Shown here in pieces: positions 54,232 to 63,637 of a stretch of 64,000 nt of DNA. The stretch's first letter is position 1; every line of letters begins with the position of its first letter. The notes below the pieces were generated by a model. The model saw only the letters and a list, made by a program, of their open reading frames with translations. It was not told the DNA's origin and did not search any database. A program made the position numbers and the translations under genes. The stretch is taken from the IMG/VR virus record IMGVR_UViG_3300030376_003962. One strand, written 5' to 3'. Origin of the DNA: an uncultured virus (IMG/VR IMGVR_UViG_3300030376_003962). Taxonomy: Duplodnaviria; Heunggongvirae; Uroviricota; Caudoviricetes.

Positions 54232-55538
54232 TTCAGGTGAGAACGCAGAATTTCATGGATATTTTGCGTAAGAAGGAAGACGAAGACTATACCACTGGCA
54301 CAGAGGACATCGATGACTTCCGTGAAGCAGAAGAAGCAGCCGATGAAGGTGTGATTCAAGATGATAAAGGTGGCGAGGGAGTAAGCGGTAAAGAACTGGC
54401 TGAAGACAAAAAGCGCAAGAAGCAGAAACTGGAAGCAGCGAAGGAAGCAAGAGCAAAAAATATTCGTCTATGGAAAAAACTACTAGAGGAATTCAGCAAG
54501 CATGGGGATATAAAAAACGAGAATATGGGTGAGATAGTAGTAGAATTCTCAAGGTCATTTCTCATACCGAAAAAAACTAGTGCTAGTAAAGTGATGAATT
54601 TCTATCGCACTCTAGTTCCTACAGGTCTAGACGAAAGACCTACTGCTGAACCTGAACTTCTAGATTTATTCTATGAGAAGGAGACTGCTGAATCAGCAAG
54701 AGACCTCAATACTAGAATAGATACTCTAAACGTGACAGAAGGAGCAGAACTGCTAGGCGACCTCAAACTCAATGAGTTGGAAGAGAAAGAATACAACGGC
54801 AAGAAATCACTAGATATTCTTCGTGATTTCCTAGATGCAGTAAGTGCTATCAGAGGCTCTGCTCTAAGAGGAAGCGTAATGACAAGACAAAAACTAGACA
54901 CGCTGAACAGGCTATTAGTGACTGGAACGAGAAAAGCAAAAATTACTGATGTTGAAGATATTCGACTTGATATTGAGGGTAAACCACTAGAATTAGATGA
55001 TGAAGGAGACCCTATTGAACCTGAAAAGGAAAGAGGGTATACACTAAGAGGAAGTGATAAGGAACTAGCAGTAACAAAAGCAAATCTAGACACTCTGCTA
55101 GAAAGTTTCCGTATCATAATAATCGTTCTTTCTAAAGTTAAGAGGAATCTTGAGAAAGATGTCAAGAAGTCCATAAATTCAGAGGACACTAATTATGAGT
55201 TTGACTCAACCAAAGAAGCATTGTTTTATGAAAATGTAGATTTCCAAAGAGCGAGAGAAAAAACAAGTCGAATATCTATCTTACCTGAAGAAACAACTGA
55301 TAGTATAGATTATCTCATTGACAAATTAGAAGAGATATACAGAGCGATGGTAGAGTTCATCGAGAATGCTAAAGACGCAGATGAAGAAATTACTAGGTTA
55401 ACAGATGAAGAAATTACTAGGTTAAAGCAGAAAGCAGAGAAGAACAAGAGAGTTATGGAAAACCTAGTGGATACCATGATAGGAAGTTATGAATTTCCTG
55501 TCGAAAACAATAAAAAGAGGGCAATTAAGATTAACTGA
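54222..55538 (+). CDS. Acidic helical protein
   Basis: 438 aa; NFMDILRK near the start. Confidence 0.65.
   Translation: MGMIQVRTQNFMDILRKKEDEDYTTGTEDIDDFREAEEAADEGVIQDDKGGEGVSGKELAEDKKRKKQKLEAAKEARAKNIRLWKKLLEEFSKHGDIKNENMGEIVVEFSRSFLIPKKTSASKVMNFYRTLVPTGLDERPTAEPELLDLFYEKETAESARDLNTRIDTLNVTEGAELLGDLKLNELEEKEYNGKKSLDILRDFLDAVSAIRGSALRGSVMTRQKLDTLNRLLVTGTRKAKITDVEDIRLDIEGKPLELDDEGDPIEPEKERGYTLRGSDKELAVTKANLDTLLESFRIIIIVLSKVKRNLEKDVKKSINSEDTNYEFDSTKEALFYENVDFQRAREKTSRISILPEETTDSIDYLIDKLEEIYRAMVEFIENAKDADEEITRLTDEEITRLKQKAEKNKRVMENLVDTMIGSYEFPVENNKKRAIKIN
55378..55425 (+). repeat. Perfect 24-bp in-frame tandem duplication
   Basis: CAGATGAAGAAATTACTAGGTTAA x2 (DEEITRL repeat). Confidence 0.9.
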
Positions 55539-55559
55539 GTAGTCTCAGGGGTGAACAAT

Positions 55560-55880
55560 ATGACATGGCAGGAGATTCTGAAAGCCCCTACTTTCCTTGA
55601 GAAACTAGAGCCTAAGCAGAAGAAGAAACTCAAGAAACTTCTGCAAGCAACACAACCCACAGAATACATGGGACAGGAGATGACTAAGTTAGAAGATGTC
55701 ATCAAAGAGATGTCAGCACTTGATATGGTTAAATCAGACAAAGCACTTACAAAGAAGATGAAGTCTTTCTCTGAAAAGAATCTAGATATACTTGCTAGTG
55801 CTGCGGAACTCCGTAAGGACTATGAAACCCTGTATGAACAAATCAGGGGAGTGGTGTATCCAAAGGGGGATAAGAAATGA
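55560..55880 (+). CDS. MTW-leader protein
   Basis: MTWQEILKA. Confidence 0.65.
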   Translation: MTWQEILKAPTFLEKLEPKQKKKLKKLLQATQPTEYMGQEMTKLEDVIKEMSALDMVKSDKALTKKMKSFSEKNLDILASAAELRKDYETLYEQIRGVVYPKGDKK

Positions 55881-55947
55881 AACTCAGGGTCGTTGAAGAT
55901 ATAGAATGGCACAAGGGAATGAGTCTTCCAATGCTAGGTGATGAAGA

Positions 55948-56307
55948 ATGAGTTGGAAAGATAGTATTAGAAAACAAAAATTTCAAGGGCCACCACAAAA
56001 GCATTCTCATATTTATGGTTCAGATGTTGATTTAAAAAATACAATTAGGAGTGTAGATTTCTTTCTAGGAAAAGTAGCAGAGAACCTAGAGAAGATAGAG
56101 ATTACTGAGGCTAATCAATTGGATGTTAGGTTGGCTAAGAGGATGTTAAAAAACGCTCAAAAAGAGATAGATGTAATTGATTCTCAAGTTTTAGAACAAG
56201 AAAAATATTCAGGAAAAACGAAATACAGGACTCCACCGGCATTGGGCGAAAGAATAGATAGTGAAGCAGAATATTCAGGTACTAAATATCAAGGGCCAGT
56301 AAGATAG
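55948..56307 (+). CDS. MSW-leader protein
   Basis: MSWKDSIRK. Confidence 0.6.
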   Translation: MSWKDSIRKQKFQGPPQKHSHIYGSDVDLKNTIRSVDFFLGKVAENLEKIEITEANQLDVRLAKRMLKNAQKEIDVIDSQVLEQEKYSGKTKYRTPPALGERIDSEAEYSGTKYQGPVR

Positions 56308-56317
56308 GTGATGAAGA

Positions 56318-56653
56318 ATGAGTTGGGAAAATATAATCAAAAATGCCAAAGACCCTAGAAAGCATCAGTTTGAAGTTCTTGTTACTGTTCGGGTGGATAG
56401 CATAGATGAAGACCTTGTTGACTATCATATGGAGCAGGGTACTGAATTGATGAGAAACATACACGAAGAGATTATTGATGATATCCAGAGGAAGATAGGA
56501 AATGAGACTTCCGCTTTGACCATAGACATCGATGACATAGAAGACGATATGGATGACCTTACCCGTAACTCTCTTTCTTTAGACAACAGGGTTGACGTTC
56601 GCGTTTCTGAAGTAAGCATGACTAGTAGAGACTCACGATATCCAAGTTATTAG
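56318..56653 (+). CDS. MSW-leader acidic protein
   Basis: MSWENIIKN. Confidence 0.6.
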   Translation: MSWENIIKNAKDPRKHQFEVLVTVRVDSIDEDLVDYHMEQGTELMRNIHEEIIDDIQRKIGNETSALTIDIDDIEDDMDDLTRNSLSLDNRVDVRVSEVSMTSRDSRYPSY

Positions 56654-56663
56654 GTGATGAAGA

Positions 56664-57230
56664 ATGAATTGGAAAGATATAATCAAGAATGATATGGAAC
56701 AATATGAGAGAGACATGTTGAGTGCAGAACAAAGCGGTCCAACCCAGAAAATCCCGAAGAAAGAAATGGATGATATTGAAGATGCATATGAAATGCTTGA
56801 TAAGATTTTGAGCAATTCAACCATAATGGAATACGATACTGATGGTGGCCTAAAAGATTCACTTAAAAGAACAAGGTCATCTCTAGTAAGTCTAATGAGG
56901 GCTTACGAAAAAAGCCCTTATCTAGAAGTTGAGAAAAAAGATAGAATAGCCAAAGCAACACTTGTGGTTGACCCTGAAACGAAAATAAGATACAAGAAGT
57001 GGGATGGTCAAGGAAGACCACCGATTAATTCACTACTAGAGGAAGGAAAGGGACGAGGAAAGGACTTAACTGGTTGGGACTATGTTGTTGAACAAGCAGG
57101 AAGGAGACCCGGACAGGGAGTATTGGGTTATGATAGCAGTGGATTCAAACATAACACGACGGGTCATCAACCGTATATTCACAGGGGAAGACATTTCTGC
57201 TTAGCATGTCAAATCGAGTTTAGGGGTTGA
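56664..57230 (+). CDS. MNW-leader protein
   Basis: MNWKDIIKN. Confidence 0.6.
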   Translation: MNWKDIIKNDMEQYERDMLSAEQSGPTQKIPKKEMDDIEDAYEMLDKILSNSTIMEYDTDGGLKDSLKRTRSSLVSLMRAYEKSPYLEVEKKDRIAKATLVVDPETKIRYKKWDGQGRPPINSLLEEGKGRGKDLTGWDYVVEQAGRRPGQGVLGYDSSGFKHNTTGHQPYIHRGRHFCLACQIEFRG

Positions 57231-57234
57231 TAAA

Positions 57235-57540
57235 ATGAGTTGGGAAGATATACTAAAAGCACCGCCGATAAGAAATCCTAGAGAAACGGAGTTTAGCCAA
57301 AGAGAAAATGAGAATCTATCTATGAGAGAGTATGTAGATTTATTTGAAAGGGTTGTAGACCCAATGATTGAAGAAAACAAGAATGAATATGCCGTTGCTA
57401 TTCCAGTAACTGAGTTAAAGATGTCAGAAAAGAAGGCAGAGAAGATAGCACAAAAATTGTATAAGAACATGGGATATAATATGATATTTGCAAAGGATGG
57501 AACACTTTATTTCAAACTACAAGGAGAAGGAAGAGTATGA
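57235..57540 (+). CDS. MSW-leader protein
   Basis: MSWEDILKA. Confidence 0.6.
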   Translation: MSWEDILKAPPIRNPRETEFSQRENENLSMREYVDLFERVVDPMIEENKNEYAVAIPVTELKMSEKKAEKIAQKLYKNMGYNMIFAKDGTLYFKLQGEGRV

Positions 57541-57758
57541 GCAAAGAAGAGAAAAATGAGATGCTGCTATTAATGAAGGAACTTGTGAACAAGGTTAACG
57601 CCTTGGAGCAAGCGGTATATGACAAGGACAACCTACTGATGAAATCAGGGTATGTTGTTCGTGAGACTCCAACACCAGCAATAGGCAACACACAAGTTCC
57701 TGATGGTGGAAACATGTCTTGGGATGAGATTCGCAAGATGACTGAGAGAATGGGGTGA
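57537..57758 (+). CDS. Small coiled-coil protein with C-terminal MSWDEIRK
   Basis: Coupled ORF. Confidence 0.6.
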   Translation: MSKEEKNEMLLLMKELVNKVNALEQAVYDKDNLLMKSGYVVRETPTPAIGNTQVPDGGNMSWDEIRKMTERMG

Positions 57759-57985
57759 GACTGATGCCGGAAAGAGTTACTAAAGAAGAGAAGATTGTCG
57801 AACTGGCAATTAATAAAGCGAAGGAAATAATACAAGAAGCAAAGCATCTAGGAACTATCGAGTTAGATGAAGACGTTATGGGTGAGGAAATTAAGGTCAA
57901 AAAACCAAAGAAGAACCCAACTGAAGAATCATTACCAAAGACAAGCAATATAGATGGTAATGAAGATAAGGTAAACGAAGGATGA
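57755..57985 (+). CDS. Hypothetical protein
   Basis: Coupled ORF. Confidence 0.55.
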   Translation: MRLMPERVTKEEKIVELAINKAKEIIQEAKHLGTIELDEDVMGEEIKVKKPKKNPTEESLPKTSNIDGNEDKVNEG

Positions 57986-57998
57986 GGGTCGATGATAG

Positions 57999-60560
57999 AT
58001 GACCACTTCAGGCGTAGCCTTTGAGAAAGAGACTAAGGCACTAACAAAAAGAGTCTTAGATTTCTTTGAGAGAGTTCGTTACGCATACCTTTCGGCAAAG
58101 GAGAACCCGAAAGAATATGGAAAGAAGTGGAAGTCAACCGTCAAGTCAATCCGAGAAGAACATGACGGCATTGGTAAATTTGCATCTGAGTTGAAAGAGT
58201 TCGTCAGAGAGAAGGAACTCTTCGATGATAAGGCATTTGATGTCGAATCAGGAATCGCTAGAAAGGTGTATGAAGATATCAAGAGAATGAGATTTGAATC
58301 TGCTGGTGCAGCAGACCCATTCTCAAAACAACTAGGAGACAAAGTGCTGGAAGTCCTTCTGAGCGATAAGGCAACATTTGCATCATTTATTCACTATGCT
58401 ATGAGAAGCCATGCTAATCCGATACCGAAGAAAGCATGGGAAGCAAACAACCTGAAACCTGATGAGATAACTCAGGGTTCTATGGGTTTGGACATAGAGG
58501 AAAAGGATATTCCACTATACATAATAGAGCATTATGGTGATGATAAAGACAGCAAGAGAGTGAAGGGCAAGTTCAAAGAAGCACTTGCGACTTTGAAGGA
58601 GGTGTTTGGTGAATCGTACTCAGAAGATAAGTACGATGCACTCAGAGAAATAGACATCGCTAAATCAGCAGATGAGAAGCAGGATGTTGATTTCCTCACT
58701 CCCAACAAGCCAATGTACAGAATCTTTGAACTTGAAGATATGAAAGACATCAAGGGTATGAGTGGTGAGTTTGTCGTACAAGAGAAATATGACGGGATGA
58801 GAATACAGATTCATAAATTCGATAATAAGATTAAGATTTACTCTTACAATGAAAAGGATATCACCGAAAAATGTCCTGAGATAGTGGAGAAGATGGAGAA
58901 GAAGGCATTCGGAGATTGCATACTAGATGGAGAGTTACTTCTCTTTCAGGGAGATGAAGCCCTACATCGAGCAAATGTGATTACTCATATATTCAAGAAG
59001 AAAATCGATGGGACGAAATTAAGAGCGCATGTGTTTGATGTGATGAAACATGAAGGAAAGGACTTGACTGACGAGCCTCTTAGAGAGAGAATCAACATAA
59101 TGTTCTACCAGTACGCACAGCATTCATCAGAAGAACTAGCCTTCCCATCCAAGAAAGATACGAGAATAGCAGACTCAATCAAAGAGGTGGGTGAGTATGC
59201 TGACAAAATTATGGAGATGCCCACTTCCGAAGGGGTAGTGATAAAGGACATAGAATCCACATACTACATCGGAAGAAAAAAGAATCCAAAGTGGATTAAA
59301 TGGAAGAAGTTTGTTGATTTGGATGTCATAGTTTTAGAAGACAAGAAAACACAGAGCGGTTTACATTCCTATACAATGGGCATCGGTCCTCTATCTGCTG
59401 AACAAACTAGGGAATACAAGACTGTTGAGATAGATGATAAGAACTACTTGCCAGTGGGTAAGGCACTGAACACTAAGGTATCTGTTGATATAGGCAGTAT
59501 AATTAGAGTGAAGGTAGATGAGGTAACTAAGAAGGAAAAGGGATTCAGTCTCTATTCGGCTAAAGTCATAGAATTACCTGAAGTTGATGAATCAGATAAA
59601 CTAGAGACTTTAGAACAACTAGCGACTAAGACCAAGAAAGCATTAGTCCCTAAGCATCCTTTCCTAAAGCCAGCAGATATAGCGAGTCCTCTAAGTGTCA
59701 TTGCCGAGTTGCAGAGCAGAGACAAGAAGAAAATCAAGAAGTATGTAGTGACTGATTATATTCACGGCCAAGCCGATATAATATGCAAGCATGACTTGGA
59801 CGGATTCACCATCTATGGGTTTGATGGCGATGAATTGATGCAGAAGAATGCTATTGCTTCTATGGATGAAATGAAGAGCCAGTTGGATAAATTCATGAAG
59901 TCCCGTAAAACCAAGTTGAGAGCCAACATCAAAAGAATGGTAGAAGAGAATGACGCACCGATGGAGTTTGATGACATAGAGGCGAAACTCAGAGTTATGG
60001 ATGGAGATGCTTATGATGAGATATTCGAGAACAAGCCGAAAGCACTCATGGCTTGGATGAAGAATCAGGATGCGTTTATTTTCATCTCACCTAACAAGTT
60101 CGATGCATCCCCATATAACATAGAGAAAGATAGTGAAGAGGATGGAGTCGTTGGTGAGTTTGAAGTCAGACAGAGAGATGATGGTAATTTGGATTTCATC
60201 ATTGAGACAGAGAAGAAAAGAATGGCTTGGTTGATTGACATAGAAAAACCGGAAGACATCTATGACTTATTCGGCAAGTCCGGTAAGTTTCCCGCTAAAG
60301 TATCTGAAAAGATAGATAGTACAAAGATTCTAGATTCAGGAGAGTTAATCTTCGGTGTTCAGCGAGATGGCTATCACGAATACAGAATGGAAGGAGATAA
60401 GTTTCAGTCCCGAATACATTTCAGAGTTGTTCCGCTAGATGAAAAGAAGTCTTGGATTGTTTTTACGGGTAAGAAACAAGATATGTTGGATGATAAATCC
60501 GATGATGGAATTATCGATATTACAAAAGACAAGTATAGCAATTTAGAACTACCTAAATAA
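57999..60560 (+). CDS. Second ATP-dependent DNA ligase-domain protein, in the head module
   Basis: QEKYDGMR, LDGE, FDVM, EGVVIK, KWIKWK; long N- and C-terminal extensions. Confidence 0.85.
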   Translation: MTTSGVAFEKETKALTKRVLDFFERVRYAYLSAKENPKEYGKKWKSTVKSIREEHDGIGKFASELKEFVREKELFDDKAFDVESGIARKVYEDIKRMRFESAGAADPFSKQLGDKVLEVLLSDKATFASFIHYAMRSHANPIPKKAWEANNLKPDEITQGSMGLDIEEKDIPLYIIEHYGDDKDSKRVKGKFKEALATLKEVFGESYSEDKYDALREIDIAKSADEKQDVDFLTPNKPMYRIFELEDMKDIKGMSGEFVVQEKYDGMRIQIHKFDNKIKIYSYNEKDITEKCPEIVEKMEKKAFGDCILDGELLLFQGDEALHRANVITHIFKKKIDGTKLRAHVFDVMKHEGKDLTDEPLRERINIMFYQYAQHSSEELAFPSKKDTRIADSIKEVGEYADKIMEMPTSEGVVIKDIESTYYIGRKKNPKWIKWKKFVDLDVIVLEDKKTQSGLHSYTMGIGPLSAEQTREYKTVEIDDKNYLPVGKALNTKVSVDIGSIIRVKVDEVTKKEKGFSLYSAKVIELPEVDESDKLETLEQLATKTKKALVPKHPFLKPADIASPLSVIAELQSRDKKKIKKYVVTDYIHGQADIICKHDLDGFTIYGFDGDELMQKNAIASMDEMKSQLDKFMKSRKTKLRANIKRMVEENDAPMEFDDIEAKLRVMDGDAYDEIFENKPKALMAWMKNQDAFIFISPNKFDASPYNIEKDSEEDGVVGEFEVRQRDDGNLDFIIETEKKRMAWLIDIEKPEDIYDLFGKSGKFPAKVSEKIDSTKILDSGELIFGVQRDGYHEYRMEGDKFQSRIHFRVVPLDEKKSWIVFTGKKQDMLDDKSDDGIIDITKDKYSNLELPK

Positions 60561-60598
60561 CCACGTAGTTCTTATAGTAAGAAAAGTAGGTGTAGGGA

Positions 60599-61825
60599 GT
60601 GTTAGTTGAACAGGAGGTATTGATTAGACAGGAGAGTGCTAGTGATTTCACTATTCTCAAGTCAGATAATCTAGTAATCGGAGGATATGCATCCATCGAA
60701 ATAGTAGACAAGCAAAATGACTTGATAACACTAGATGCACTCGAAAAGGCAGTTAAAGATTTCATGAGTGAGAAATCTTATCGAAACGTCATGTCAAATC
60801 ATTCCAATGTTCAGGTAGGAGAGGTGATAGAGCAATACCGTGATTCCAATGGTACATTACACAAGACAGGTGTAGATGGTGTCGGATTCTATGTAGTTAT
60901 CAAAATGAGAGATGACATAGAGAAGGCAAAGGAAATCAACAGAGGAATCAGAAAAGGCACACTACGTTCCTTCAGCATCGGTGGTCAAGCGATATCAAAG
61001 AGAGAGAGAAAATCGGAGGAATACGGGGAATACAACGAGATTGACAACTTGGAGTTGCATGAAGTTACTATATGTGAAAAAGGAATAAACCCTGAAGCGA
61101 AATTCGACATTTTGAAAGCGAAAGGAGGTAAAGAAATGACGGAAAAACTAGAAAAAGCACTGGAAGAACTCAATGGTCTGCTAACGCAGGTTCGTGATGT
61201 TACTAGTGTTACAAAGGAAGATGAAATGAAAGAAGAAATGGAAACAATGGATGAAACGATGAAAGAAGAAGAAGACGATGTTGAGAGCATGGAAAAGTTG
61301 AGCGTGATGGGTAAACTATCCGAATCAGGCGAAGACGATGAAATGAAGGCTCTTGATGAGGATTCAACAAGGGACTACGAGGCTGGTGAAGAAGTAGTAA
61401 GTGGCGGAAAGCCAAAGGCTGCTCCTGCTGCTCTATCAGTCTCTAAAGGTCTAGAAGGCTCTGACTTTACCACTCTCGACTTGAGTGTTGAGAACGTAGA
61501 GAAGGCTTACGAGGCTTTCAGGGCAGAGCAACTAGAGGCAATGGCCTACGATAATCTATCGAAGACATTCGCTGACAGATTCGCTGCTGAACTCGAAGTT
61601 AAGAAATCAGCCGCAGAGCGAGCAGAGTACGATGCTTCAACAGAAGTAGCGGCTCTCAAAGAAGAGTTTGCAGAACTACGCAAGTCTCTAACTGCAAAGG
61701 ATGATGAGATTAGGAAAGCAAGAGAAGTTGCTTTCTCCCTACCCGAAGGATTCCCAACCACTGCTGGTGCAATGGCTGAGATGTCATGGGGAGACATACA
61801 CAACCTCGCAAGGAAGGTGGAATAA
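60599..61825 (+). CDS. Prohead protease (HK97-type) fused to scaffold domain
   Basis: GYAS...DKQND, SNH...VG, SFSIGG, LHEVTIC...NPEA; acidic coiled-coil C-terminal half. Confidence 0.88.
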   Translation: MLVEQEVLIRQESASDFTILKSDNLVIGGYASIEIVDKQNDLITLDALEKAVKDFMSEKSYRNVMSNHSNVQVGEVIEQYRDSNGTLHKTGVDGVGFYVVIKMRDDIEKAKEINRGIRKGTLRSFSIGGQAISKRERKSEEYGEYNEIDNLELHEVTICEKGINPEAKFDILKAKGGKEMTEKLEKALEELNGLLTQVRDVTSVTKEDEMKEEMETMDETMKEEEDDVESMEKLSVMGKLSESGEDDEMKALDEDSTRDYEAGEEVVSGGKPKAAPAALSVSKGLEGSDFTTLDLSVENVEKAYEAFRAEQLEAMAYDNLSKTFADRFAAELEVKKSAAERAEYDASTEVAALKEEFAELRKSLTAKDDEIRKAREVAFSLPEGFPTTAGAMAEMSWGDIHNLARKVE

Positions 61826-61826
61826 A

Positions 61827-63200
61827 ATGACTGGATATATTAACACTGTAAAAGACTTAGAAGCAGCCACTTACGGCTACGCTGGCGCACAGGGCAACGC
61901 TCTGCTAAAGGCTGCTGGTGTCGTTGGTGGTTTCGGAACGCCACACGATGCAGCAAGCAACCCGTTTTCGGGTGCTGCTAGTGGATTGGGAGACCTATAC
62001 AACGTTCTCTACGGACAGAAAGTTTGGTCGATGCTTAACCAAGAGGTTAACCCTCTTGCTATGCTAGCAAAGAGGCCATACACATCCAGTGGATGGCGAG
62101 TCCTGAAGAACAGAGCGCAAGGTGGCTCAGGTTCTGCATTTTCCGTTGACCCGAATGGTTCAGGTGTTGAAGGTGCAGACTCAGTAAGAGCAGACAAGAT
62201 TGGTGGTGTTGGTGAGAACGCAACTCTAGGAACTGGAAACGATATCCCACCAATTGCACCTCAGTATGAGAAACTATACGTCAGTCCAAAGACTGTGGCT
62301 CATCTATTCGAGTTCTCTGAACTTGGTATGGAACTTGCTGCAATCGATGACGGTGTTGGTGACATTCGTGCAATCGTTCGTGAGGACATGGGTAAACTAC
62401 ACGCTGAAGTACAGAGCAAGATGCTAGTCATGCCTCTTGAGTTGTATGATGGTGCAAACCTAACGGACATCGAGAGAAACTACACATCTCTCATGAAGAT
62501 TGTTTCGTCTGCTGCCGAGATTGCTGCTATGTACAACGCAAACCTATTGACCACTGGTGCTAACAACGGAGACAACTCCGCTGTAATCGGTGAGGTTGTA
62601 AGGCTATTCGGAACTTCCCGAACTGTTGGCGTATCAAGCAACGCTGCAACTGGAACTGCTTCCTTCTTGGATGCAGAGGTTGACTTCGGTGCAGGATATG
62701 CTGCTGGCGATGCTAGGGTTCTAACCCTGACCATGCTTAACGACATGATTAGGAGAATCAGGCAGAACGGCGGAAACCCGAAGGTCATGTTGACTGGCTA
62801 CGACACAGTTCAGCACCTCGCTGACCTTCTACAGAGCCAAGAGAGATTCATGGACAGGAAGGAAATCGTGCCTAGCCACAACGGAGTTCGTGGTGTCAAG
62901 GGTGCAGAGGTTGGATTCAGAGTTGCAACATACTACGACATCCCAATCATCCCAACCAAGGACATGCCATCTACTGGTGGTAACACAACCAATGAACTGA
63001 GTGACATACTTCTGCTAGACACAGACCATCTGTGGCTATCGGTGATGAAGCCTACTCAATACTTCGAGGATGGTATCACTAGCGGAAACCCATTCGGTGT
63101 TGGCAAACTTGGAAACCAAGGAATGTACCGAACTATGGCTGAGACCGGATGTTCGTTCTTCAAGGGACAAGGAAAGATAACCAACATCAAGAGTGCTTGA
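61827..63200 (+). CDS. Major capsid protein (HK97 fold)
   Basis: 457 aa directly after the protease/scaffold; KRPY..SGWR, PKVMLTG, YYDIPIIP, ILLLDT; start MTGYINT. Confidence 0.88.
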   Translation: MTGYINTVKDLEAATYGYAGAQGNALLKAAGVVGGFGTPHDAASNPFSGAASGLGDLYNVLYGQKVWSMLNQEVNPLAMLAKRPYTSSGWRVLKNRAQGGSGSAFSVDPNGSGVEGADSVRADKIGGVGENATLGTGNDIPPIAPQYEKLYVSPKTVAHLFEFSELGMELAAIDDGVGDIRAIVREDMGKLHAEVQSKMLVMPLELYDGANLTDIERNYTSLMKIVSSAAEIAAMYNANLLTTGANNGDNSAVIGEVVRLFGTSRTVGVSSNAATGTASFLDAEVDFGAGYAAGDARVLTLTMLNDMIRRIRQNGGNPKVMLTGYDTVQHLADLLQSQERFMDRKEIVPSHNGVRGVKGAEVGFRVATYYDIPIIPTKDMPSTGGNTTNELSDILLLDTDHLWLSVMKPTQYFEDGITSGNPFGVGKLGNQGMYRTMAETGCSFFKGQGKITNIKSA

Positions 63201-63211
63201 GGTGATTAGAG

Positions 63212-63547
63212 TTGACACACGCGGTTACTCTAGTTGCTGACCATAAGGGCATAACTGCCCCAAAGGTCGTCGGTGACGAGTATGTGGTTGATGCAATAAT
63301 CAACATCACTGCATACGTTCAGGGTGGAATAACCCTGACTGCTGCTTCATTGGGTCTATCTTCACTACACTGTGTTCTAGTAACAGGTGTAGAAGAGATT
63401 GGACACAGTGCTAGAGCCGTCATCAGTACAGCAGGTGCATACGAGTCAGGAACAAGTGCCAAACTTATCCTGTCAAATGGCAGCGGGCAACAATCAGGTA
63501 CAGCAGATGAAGGCATGGTAAGAGTCCGTGTCTATGGTAATCTCTGA
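63212..63547 (+). CDS. Putative head decoration / structural protein
   Basis: Follows the MCP; GAGGTGA RBS, TTG start. Confidence 0.55.
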   Translation: MTHAVTLVADHKGITAPKVVGDEYVVDAIINITAYVQGGITLTAASLGLSSLHCVLVTGVEEIGHSARAVISTAGAYESGTSAKLILSNGSGQQSGTADEGMVRVRVYGNL

Positions 63548-63575
63548 AACAACAATGATTAAGTGATAACGTAAA

Positions 63576-63615
63576 GTAGTGGCCTCTGCCCCTAATACGG
63601 GGCAGGGGTTACTAC
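63576..63615 (+). terminator. Strong hairpin after the capsid genes
   Basis: GTAGTGGCCTCTGCCCC-TAATAC-GGGGCAGGGGTTACTAC; no clear + strand T-tract. Confidence 0.5.
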
Positions 63616-63637
63616 CACAATAAAAAAGGTGAATAAA

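Noticed and set aside
61701..61826. 42-aa N-terminal extension of the major capsid protein
   Set aside because: Overlaps the scaffold gene; the ATG at 61827 has an AAGGTGG RBS and is the likelier start.
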